A stretch of DNA of 64,000 bases, taken from the NCBI GenBank assembly GCA_004431415.1, contig QPMI01000395.1, positions 1 through 64,000 on the forward strand, read 5' to 3'. The position numbers were made by a program, and so were the translations under genes. Below are positions 33,245 to 42,269 of the stretch, piece by piece; the first letter of the stretch is position 1, and each line of letters begins with the position of its first letter. Below the pieces are notes generated by a model, which did not search any database, was not told where the DNA came from, and was given only the letters and a program-made list of their open reading frames with translations. This DNA is from Cyanophora paradoxa CCMP329 (Eukaryota > Plantae > Glaucophyta).

Positions 33245-34249
33245 TTACGCGAATCCGGCAATATTTGGATAGAAGGGGTGGGTCTCTCTCATTCTCATTT
33301 TGAAATACTCATAAATTGGGTCACCGGCGGGTTCATCACCATAACGGATCTCGAATGTCAGATGCACAGGTTGACCTTCGAAATCGATTAATTCATTTTG
33401 ACCATTCACTACATCTACCGATAGTTGCGATAGTGATAGTTTCTTATTATAGTATTTATACAGCGGATTTGCTTCCGTCGAATTGTAAACAACGTGTTCC
33501 GCAAAGTCTTTATCTTGAACCGTGAGTTTATGGAAGTATCCAGTAAGGAGACCATCGGCACATTGGACGAGGTCACCAAGTTCTTTTACTCTCACGAAAA
33601 AGACGTTATCTTTACAGGTCTCTGTGGGGAATGTTGAGATAATACCGTTTACATTTGCACCTGTAAAAACGGAACTTGTATCTGTTCCATAGACTTGTGA
33701 TTTAATAAACTTGTTTCCCCAGCGTCCAGCATCCAGACCCAAGATTCGAGCGTGTCGTAGCGCTTTCTCGATTGCGGAAACAGAAGGATCTTTTGCATAT
33801 GAGAAGCAAATATAGAATTCCACAGGAGCATAAAAGATAACTCTTTTTGCGGTTACATCCCAACCACAGCGAATTGCAGAAGGAGGCGAGAGATTCTCAA
33901 AACGGTTATTGATTCGGGCAACGAGTTGCTGATGAGTATTGATTGGGGTTTTTAGACCTGCACCAGGTCTAATAGAACGCCAACTATCATATAGAATCTC
34001 AGGAGCATTTGCACCGGTGGATGTGGACTTTTGGCTGAAATTGATAATAAAGGCATCCTCTATTGTTGCATCCCCAGGTTCTGTTTCACCGCTAATGAGT
34101 GGGATGGAGTTATAGAATTCAGCGGAGACGAGGCGAACCGCTCTTACATTCTCATACGTCTTTGGAAGATCCGCAACAAATCGTGATGTTGGAGCATCCA
34201 GATTAGGTATTGTTTTGAAGGAAGACACTTCAACGTATTCCACAGGCAT
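33245..34249 (-). CDS. Minor capsid (penton) protein 1
   Basis: F...LPKTYENV..VRLVSAEF.NS and LSQLSVDVVN..NELIDFEG..VHLTFEI. Confidence 0.82.
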   Translation of the reverse strand: MPVEYVEVSSFKTIPNLDAPTSRFVADLPKTYENVRAVRLVSAEFYNSIPLISGETEPGDATIEDAFIINFSQKSTSTGANAPEILYDSWRSIRPGAGLKTPINTHQQLVARINNRFENLSPPSAIRCGWDVTAKRVIFYAPVEFYICFSYAKDPSVSAIEKALRHARILGLDAGRWGNKFIKSQVYGTDTSSVFTGANVNGIISTFPTETCKDNVFFVRVKELGDLVQCADGLLTGYFHKLTVQDKDFAEHVVYNSTEANPLYKYYNKKLSLSQLSVDVVNGQNELIDFEGQPVHLTFEIRYGDEPAGDPIYEYFKMRMRETHPFYPNIAGFA

Positions 34250-34277
34250 CTTCTTTTATCTATAACCATATAATAAA

Positions 34278-35189
34278 ATGATTCGGCTTGTCAATGTCGA
34301 TAGTAGAGATCGATTAGATGGACAGAAAGAAAATGCTTACAAGGTCTCACTTACCACACCAATAACCAGACCGCGACAGTGTCGTATCTTATATGCAGAG
34401 ATTCCCAACAGCATTTATAATTCGATTGGAACCGATTATATTATAGTTCGTTATAACATTGGTGGTTTCATCCTTAATCAGCAAGTATTCCCATTACCAA
34501 GTGGTTACATAAACCAAGGACACTTTGGAGTTACTCAACCATATAATTACGGTTTAAACTTTGCGGTTACTGAAAACATATTATTTAAGATCTACTACAA
34601 TCCAACGACATACAAGTTAGAGTTTTACAGTAACTATCAATTTGAACTCATCGCAGGAAACAATAGAATCGCAAAATTATTGGGTCTGAGTTCCACGGTA
34701 TTATTAGGTAGTGTAGCGCAGGTAATCGAAAACAATCGGTCTTTATATGCTCCCGAAAATATCTTATTTTATGCAGGGACTCCGATAACACCAGATCACC
34801 CACAATGGGGAATAACATTTGAAGGAGCAGAATTAGTAACGGCACCAATTGCGTTTAAAGCAGTTAGTCCAAAGATGGCGGATATGAACGCTGAGCAATA
34901 CTTGTATATGCACATCAAAGAACTCTCTTCTTTTGCATCCAACCACAATATAGTCCCGAAATCGCAACCGCAGAATCAAGGCGCGATCTTGCGATTACAA
35001 TTGAGTCAGGACATCGGGAAGTATGTTTACCATAGCGGAGAGCATGGTGAATACATAAAAATAACAGACAAAAACCTTGTTATTCGTGAATTAACAGTTG
35101 AATTTCGTGATTATTTTGGTGATCTTGTAGATATGAATGGTATCGATAATTCGTTTCAGTTGGAGTTTGTAGCTATTGGAAACGATTAG
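34278..35189 (+). CDS. Minor capsid (penton) protein 2
   Basis: VNVDSRDR...AEIPNSIYN and LTVEFRDYFGDLVDMNGIDNSFQLEF; homologue of 11246-12178. Confidence 0.85.
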   Translation: MIRLVNVDSRDRLDGQKENAYKVSLTTPITRPRQCRILYAEIPNSIYNSIGTDYIIVRYNIGGFILNQQVFPLPSGYINQGHFGVTQPYNYGLNFAVTENILFKIYYNPTTYKLEFYSNYQFELIAGNNRIAKLLGLSSTVLLGSVAQVIENNRSLYAPENILFYAGTPITPDHPQWGITFEGAELVTAPIAFKAVSPKMADMNAEQYLYMHIKELSSFASNHNIVPKSQPQNQGAILRLQLSQDIGKYVYHSGEHGEYIKITDKNLVIRELTVEFRDYFGDLVDMNGIDNSFQLEFVAIGND

Positions 35190-35790
35190 CTATTGGGATA
35201 TATGGTTTGAAGATATCAGCGACAACACCATTCTGATCCTCTGTATACCATCTGTTGTTTTCGCGAACCCAACGAGCGCCATTTTGTTTAAGGTATTTAC
35301 GTAGAGTCGCTCGGTTCACAATCTTCCATCCATGCTCTTCAAACTTAGCATGATAAGCACGAAGATCTCTTGGAATGTGGAAATAGTAACGTTCACGATG
35401 TTCTTCTTGTCCATAGCATATCCCAATTGCATTAATTACGTCATCGTGAGTCTTTGTAGTGTTGAAAAGAAGATCATGAAAATTAACAACAACGATGAAA
35501 TCAAGTTCAGCATTACGCACTTCATTAAGATGGCTAAACTTACCATGATCATTATAATTCACATGATTATAGAAGAACCGATCATCGCGAGTTCTCGCAC
35601 AAATCCGATCCGAATTTCTCCGAAAATAACCAAAACAAACCATTTGATCCATTCCAGGATAAGAGTATGTTCCAATCTTTCGATGCAAAACCTCAATAGT
35701 TTCAGCAAGATCAAGAATATCCTTCACACCAAATCGCATTTCAGCAATCGGAACCGAGAAGATCGGCTCACCTTCGAAGAGATACGCCAT
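35173..35790 (-). CDS. Hypothetical viral protein (205 aa) in the accessory slot
   Basis: ATG-initiated ORF convergent on penton 2 (same position as patatin in element A), preceded by an AAAATGATTTAAG motif; no recognisable domain. Confidence 0.65.
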   Translation of the reverse strand: MAYLFEGEPIFSVPIAEMRFGVKDILDLAETIEVLHRKIGTYSYPGMDQMVCFGYFRRNSDRICARTRDDRFFYNHVNYNDHGKFSHLNEVRNAELDFIVVVNFHDLLFNTTKTHDDVINAIGICYGQEEHRERYYFHIPRDLRAYHAKFEEHGWKIVNRATLRKYLKQNGARWVRENNRWYTEDQNGVVADIFKPYIPIANRFQ

Positions 35791-36044
35791 GACACTGAAT
35801 TACGTCTGAGAAAATCTTTTACCCGGTTTACTCTATACTGTCGCTTCTTCCTTAAATCATTTTGGGTTGCCCACGAGCATCATTTTTTGAAAGTAAGACC
35901 TCCGTAATATCTAAATTGATAGATGAGAGAATAACAGAGATCTTTTCAGGGTTGGAGAAAGCGGAGAAGCAGATAGCAGCGCGATTTCCGAGTTAATCAC
36001 ACTGAGATTTTGAAGAAATATAACATGTCTTATTGAATATCGTC

Positions 36045-36322
36045 AGGTGTAACAGGTGTAACAGGTAAATCCCAAACTTCGCTCCTAGGGAGGCCAAAAA
36101 CCCAAAACTTTGGGATTTACCTGTTACACCTGTTACACCTTGGGATTCACCTGTTACATCTATCAAACAAAGCATTAATATATTCGATTCCTTACATTGA
36201 TTATAGTGTCATGTAACAGGTGTAACAGGTGTTTCCCAAACTTTCCTCATAGGAGATGAAAAATCCAAAACTTTGGGATTTACCTGTTACACCCGTTACA
36301 CCTTGGGATTCACCTGTTACAC
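36045..36322. repeat. Two subterminal copies of the element B GGTGTAACA inverted-repeat unit
   Basis: 36046-36138 is an inverted copy of 26787-26878 including the spacer (CTTCGCTCCTAGGGAGG); a second diverged copy is at ~36212-36320. Confidence 0.85.
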
Positions 36323-36325
36323 ATT

Positions 36326-37115
36326 GATTATCGACTGTTTAATTGGACATGTTACACTTGAAACACAATTTTGATACAGTAAAAAACAGAATCCAATCTT
36401 ATCAATTGTTTAATTGGACATAATGCAACTCTGGGGTCATTTTTGATACAGTAAAAATCTCAACCGAATCTCATCGATTGTTTAATTGGACATAATGCAG
36501 TAACCATCTCTTCCAACAAAATACGCCGCAATCTCATCAATTGTTTAATTGGACATAATGCAGTAACCATCTCTTCCAACAAAATACGCCGCAATCTCAT
36601 CGATTGTTTAATTGGACATAATGCAGTAACCATCTCTTCCAACAAAATACGCCGCAATCTCATCGATTGTTTAATTGGACATAAGGCAGTAACCATCTAA
36701 TCCAACAAAATACGCCGCAATCTCAACGATTGTTTAATTGGACATAATGCAGTAACGAGTGAATTATTTTCATCCGATATTTCATCGATTGTTTAATTGG
36801 ACATAATGCAGTAACGAGTGAATTATTTTCATCCGATATCTCATCGATTGTTTAATTGGACATAATGCAGTAACAAGTGAATTATTTTCAACCGATATAT
36901 CATCGATTGTTTAATTGGACATAATGCAGTAACCATCTCTTCCAACAAAATACGCTGCAATCTCATCGATTGTTCAATTGGACATAATGCAGTAACGAGT
37001 GAATTATTTTCAACCGATATATCATCGATTGTTTAATTGGACATAATGCAGTAACGAGTGAATTATTTTCAACCGATATTTCATCGATTGTTCAATTGGA
37101 CATAATGCAACTCTG
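36326..37115. repeat. Tandem array, ~13 units of 59-72 bp with a constant core ATCGATTGTTTAATTGGACATAATGCAGTAAC
   Basis: The core recurs at ~36330, 36401, 36473, 36536, 36599, 36662, 36725, 36784, 36843, 36902, 36965, 37024 and 37083, with two main linker types. Confidence 0.92.
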
Positions 37116-37159
37116 TGTGAATTTTTGCGATTTCCGATAGAATGGGCGGTGGACTACTT

Positions 37160-37400
37160 CAATCGTGATTATATCAATCGTGATTATATCATAAATTTAT
37201 GTTCCTTCAATCGAGATTATATCAAATTTGCATAAAATACATATTAATCGCGTTTATATCAATAAATTAATCGATATTATATCAATTGTTTAATCGAGAT
37301 TATTGAAATTTAATATAAAAATACATATTTATCGATTAATTTATACATATTTATTAACATGAAAATACATATTTATCGATTAATTATACAAATTTATTTA
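37160..37400. repeat. AT-rich subterminal short repeats (AATCG.GATTATATC / ATCGATTAAT)
   Basis: Repeated short units directly upstream of the terminal hairpin, analogous to 23655-23912. Confidence 0.7.
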
Positions 37401-37406
37401 AGAAAA

Positions 37407-37491
37407 ACACATAAAGAAATACAAATTTAAATCCAGGAGCGAAGCGCGAAGCGCGTAGCGGAGGGATTTAAATTTGTATTTCTTTATGTGT
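37407..37491. repeat. Terminal fold-back hairpin of element B
   Basis: Perfect 28-bp arms ACACATAAAGAAATACAAATTTAAATCC (37407-37434) and GGATTTAAATTTGTATTTCTTTATGTGT (37464-37491); the loop holds GCGAAGC-GCGAAGC-GCGTAGC (37439-37459). Confidence 0.92.
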
Positions 37492-39365
37492 TGGGTTGCA
37501 GCCATGTCACGCAAAATCCAACGAAAGCAATAGCTAGGATTACGAATGGCTGCATCGATTGTTGGAAAACTTGTAAATCAGATTTGTTGATGAGAAAGTT
37601 GCTCACCAAGTACTTGAGTCCTCTTCCAGCACGTCCCCATCGGTTGGAAAACGAATGCTTCCACTCCCCAATGACATTCCGGCGAAGTTTTGCAGCCTTG
37701 CCATCGGACAACCTGTCATCCGAAATGAATTCAACGTTGAACTCTTATATATAAAATTATAATTCAAAATATTGATGCGACAGTCGCTCACCGAAACATC
37801 AAAGCTCGCGTTGCGAAAAACGCAATTGAGATCATAACAGTCGCAAGGCTTTTCCAGAGTGCTTTCCGATCGATCTGGGTAAGACTTGCTGTGCAGGTCG
37901 CCTTGAAGATTTCGTCGAGCAGAGTTTTGAATGTAACGCGATTGATGTACTTGTCAATGTCGAGTGTGCAGCTGGAGGTGCTACTCTGATCTCCCTCGGT
38001 AGGCTTCGCAGCACTTTCCGAAATCGCAGTCCACTTGCAAGTGCACTTTTTTTGAGGATCACCTTTCGGAGAACGAATGAGGGCTACAATAGTTGAATCA
38101 ATTGAAATATTAATGTCAAGCGGTAATCGCACCATCTTGTTTGTTGGAAGTTTTATCGCGAACTTTGTAATGTTTATTGCGGATGATTCGGTAGTTGGGA
38201 TGTCCACTGTCCGGAAGGAGATAAAGACGAATTCCCATGTCGTTCAGTTCTTTCTCGACCTCCTTGCTGACTTCCTCCGAGTGCACCAGAAGATCGGCAA
38301 TTTCCATCTTGTAATGCTGATGCACCAAAATTTTGGCATTGATGAACTGCTCCTGATCCGAGGTTTGTGTGGACGACTTCGAAGGCTGACATAATTTGAT
38401 TGATGAATGTGTGTAGTACACTGCACATTGCAGAATAACGAGTGCGGCATGATCGAAAAACTGCTTGGCGGGCCGGGCTCCGAGATTAATTCCCATCGAC
38501 CAAGTATGCGCATGCGTCCGGAAGTTTCACGCAAACGAACCGTTAGGAAAAGCAGAGTTTGTGATGCGTCAATAAACCTTTCTTCTTCGTCGGTGGATTC
38601 GAAGCCGTTGCCGGACATTGACTGCAAGGCAAATTTCATGATCAGGCGGCATCAACCGCATCAACGGGACTGCAGCTGCCACACACCCACTCATTAGGAG
38701 TTGGCTTGCTCGTGAAATCGAATGCGGCATCGATGAGCAAGTAGAGAGTAGTTGCCAAAAGAGCAAACAAAAAGCCTGGAAGGCCCCACTTGCGCCACCA
38801 TGATTTTTCGGTGAGGACGTCAAGGTACCGGTCTGACTTTGCTGCGACTTTCTTGCTTTGGACATCATCCGACGAAAACTCGTCTTCGAAGATGCTTCGG
38901 AAACCAAGATATACGATGGCTACCACAATAAAGATAAGGCTGGGCTTCACCGCTGCGAACAGTATCGATATCAAAGCATTATAATTAGTCGATTCTGCAA
39001 TTGCAGCAGCTGCAGATTAAAAGTACTTTGCTGAGCGCGCGCGCAGACGATAGCGCAGCTCAGTTCCATGGCCAGTGCTATAGCTAGCACTATGAAAAAA
39101 GTTAATGATCCAGTGATTGCACCTGACGTGTTGATGAGCGTTAAGCTAGCGAAGCAGCTGCTCTTCAGGATCTCGTCAAGGAGCTCGACCCAGAAGCGCC
39201 CCATGAGATATCTGTCGACGTTGAAGTACAGTACAGCCGCCCAAGCACGCTTGTGATCCTCATCATAAATATCGTAGTCATCATCATGATCATCGGCACG
39301 CTCCCCTTCGGCGCGCTCCTCATAGGGGCGCTTCTCATCACGATCAACTGCGCGAGAATCATGAT
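37492..39365 (-). other. Possible host gene fragments (membrane-protein-like exons), unresolved
   Basis: Several minus-strand ORFs, 38642-38974 with two hydrophobic segments; no recognisable family, and no gene model could be built. Confidence 0.25.
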
Positions 39366-41332
39366 AAGCTCTGGCTAGCGCTCTAGCAAGAGCACAAGTT
39401 ACCTACAACATGATCTTGCATGCATATGCGCACCTATAACGTTGACTTGGTTCGTCGAGGTACCGGTATCATAGTATCCGTTGGTACTCATGATATCGAT
39501 ATCGATATCTTTCAGATCGCAATCGCTGCAAGAGGTATCAGTGGCTCAGCGGTTTCGCAGCTCATGATCAGCGGCTACTTGAAATACTGTACATGCGATA
39601 ACGCATCGATATCTGCTAGCCATAGATCTAGAATTCCATTGCAAGTTGGGTCTCCGACGACTTTCCGTGGCACGCACCTTCGAATTCAAGGCTTCGTTAT
39701 AACTCAGTGCGTTAGGTACGGTACACACGCTTGGCAACCTGCCAGGCTGGCCGGCCGCATGCGCAGCCTCAGCGCAGGGAGTCCAGGGACTGTCACCGTG
39801 TCACGTCAGTGTCTCAGTCTGTCTGGCCCAGAGCCTGGCCATATGCATGGGCCAGAGCCTGACTCAGTGAGAGCTCACGATCGATATCGACGCGGACGTA
39901 CGTTACGGTACTACGGTACGTAATTATATACTGTCACAGTGTACATGATAAACGCGTCAGCCACGCTGTACGGTCTGTACCGCGGCCGTCCTGTACGGTT
40001 ACTACGGTACAGTACCGTACAGACTGTACCGTAGTACAGTGTACATGTAGTGCCCGGCCACGTGGCAGATCTAGACTGGCAGTATGGCACATGCACAGAG
40101 ACGACGGCGCGCGAGGCTCATGAATTTAATCATGAATATTAATCATGATCACTGGTGAGTCAGTGGTGAGTCAGTGGTGACTCACTGGTGAGTCATAGAC
40201 TCACAGACTCACAGTGACTCACTGAGTCACTGGCCCTGGCCGGGGCCCTACTACTTACTAAGTTAGGCTAGCTGAGCCAGCCTCAGGCCCTCAGCCAGGC
40301 CCTGCCCAGGCTGCCCTGGCCCCTGAGGCTATAATAATTACGTAATACGTACCCCCCGGGCCGGTAATAATTGGCCCTGTATTATTAGGCTGTATATGCC
40401 ATGACGTAGCGGCGAAAATCCCCAATGACTCAGTATAGTGGCTCTGCAGCCTCTGCTACCGGGGTACACTGGGCCCAGCCTCCCAGCCTGAGTCCCAGGG
40501 CCCCTGTGCGGCGGTGAGTCACTGCAGCTGAGTGGGGGCCACTGGGGGGCCACTGGGGGCCTGTGGCCCAGGCTGTGGGCCCAGTAGTAGAGGCCCGAGA
40601 GGCTGTGGGCCCAGTGTGGGGCCACTGTCACAGTGTGCGGCTGTACATGTGTGCCGCGGCCGCATGCGCAGTCTCAGGCTGTGCGGCAGTCTGTGCCCAG
40701 TGCCCACGGGCCACTACTGGAGAGCTAGAAATATTTAGTGGGCTGCATATTTATAGTACTAAAAGTTTTTGGGCGATCTACTAAATATTTCTCGCCTGCT
40801 AAAGCCGAGAATTTGTAAAGGTAGCCCCGCCTCCGCCATACAAACGCCCTGCGAAGATCGACTGACCTACTAAAGTTTTACCAGCTGCTAAAGTGGCAGT
40901 TTTGGCGAAGTACTAATTATTTTCCTGTACTAAATTAACCAGTTCTATAGTAGTACTGCGCATGCCCACTGCCCAACCCCTAGCTATATATATATAAAGA
41001 GCGGCAGTAGTACAGCCAGCTACGTATACGTATTACGTACTACGGTATACAGCCTACAGCCTACAGGCCACTGACTCTACAAGTTATTTGGAACCGGTTC
41101 CTAGCCGTACGGCGGCACCTAGACCCAGGCGGCACCGTGGCACTGCGCGCGGCAGTGCCATGCGGCCACGCCCACAGGCGGCACTGCGCGCGGCAGTGCC
41201 ATGCGCTACCAGTATAGCTACCCGGTACTACGGTAGTGGCATGCACTGCCGCAGTGCGGCAGTGCCACCGTGGCACGGCCCGCACGGGCCGCACGGCCAC
41301 GGTCGTGCGCATGCCGCAGTGCGAATACACGC

Positions 41333-41841
41333 TAGGGTTGCCGCTTCCTAGGAAGTTTCCTACGCCCCCATGGAAACGGAAACTGATAGGAAGTTTCCAT
41401 AGTTTCCTAGGAAACTTCCTATCTTTCCCATACCAGCGCGTCTCGCGACTGTTCTCGCATAAGACAGGCGTTTAGAGATGCCTGGGTGCCTTTTCTGTGC
41501 TATTTCACGTTCCTGATGCGTTAATTCGCTTCAGACACAAGCATTTTGTGGGTGGCTCAGGGGGGGTAGGCCTTCACACAGGGACCCAGGAGCCTGAAAA
41601 TGCTTGATTCCTGACGCAACTAAGCTTGTTTTCGAATATAATGCCGGTTTGTACAATTAAGACATCGTTCTGGAGCCTCGAACTGTGCGTTTCAGGGGGT
41701 TTCCGCCGTGGCTCCAACCGCGGCTTTTGTATGAGAGCGCCAGTTTCCTAGGAAGTTTCCATCGCCCAATGGAAACAGAAACGGAAACTTTGCACTTCCT
41801 AGGAAGTTTCCATGCATGGAAACTTCCTACCGGCAACCCTA
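41333..41841. mobile_element. Non-autonomous hAT-type MITE (509 bp)
   Basis: TIRs TAGGGTTGCCG / CGGCAACCCTA, a perfect 8-bp TSD ATACACGC (41325-41332 and 41842-41849) and subterminal GGAAAC/GTTTCC repeats. Confidence 0.9.
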
Positions 41842-42269
41842 ATACACGCAGACTCTGACTCTGTGAGAAAGCACAGATATATATATAATGTTACAGAGTA
41901 GTCTGAGAAGAGGCAGAGTCTGAAGTATTTATTAGTCCGGGGTTTTGGCATCTTTATTACCAAATAAATATATTTATTACTTGGGGCTGAGAGCTTTATT
42001 AGCGCTAGCGGTCTTTATTACGGGGTGCCCCCCGCCCCGGGCCGAGTCCCGACCCCCCTCCGCGGGCCGCGCACAGTATACCTTACACAGTTACACTTAA
42101 GTAGTGCGCGGACTTAACAATGCGCCCCGAAAATAAATGCGTATTCCGCTAGCGCGCTGGCAAAACGCATTAATATTGAAGCGCTAAGAAATTGCGGTCT
42201 GTACCCCCCAGATGCAGCCAAAAAGCTTCGAAACGCATTAATTTGATGCCGCATAATCCCGAGTCCCGG

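Larger units (their letters stand above)
23988..37491. mobile_element. Endogenous Polinton-like virus, element B (left part interrupted by element A)
   Basis: Same gene order as element A with intact ORFs; ends in a 28-bp terminal hairpin followed by sequence of different character. Confidence 0.9.

Noticed and set aside
26787-36138. Inverted repeats at 26787 and 36046 as TIRs of a separate 9.3-kb transposon
   Set aside because: I found no TSD or transposase, synteny with element A continues across the left repeat into PolB, and A has an equivalent repeat pair of different sequence; an origin-like role fits better. Inversion between the copies remains possible.
36460-36696. 78-aa repetitive ORF
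   Set aside because: It is a translation of the 63-bp tandem repeat with no evidence of coding.
36326-37115. CRISPR-like appearance (constant ~32-bp repeat with ~30-bp spacers)
   Set aside because: The spacers are only two or three recurring types rather than unique sequences, there are no cas genes, and the context is a eukaryotic virus end; it is a tandem repeat.
1-37491. Classification as canonical Maverick/Polinton or virophage
   Set aside because: No rve integrase or adenain-type protease is visible and the MCP does not look virophage-like; PLV is the supportable call. The left ends are outside the window, so absence of an integrase is not proven.
39400-42250. Short ORFs in the palindromic low-complexity region
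   Set aside because: They derive from repeats and MITEs, with no domain signatures or coding-like composition.
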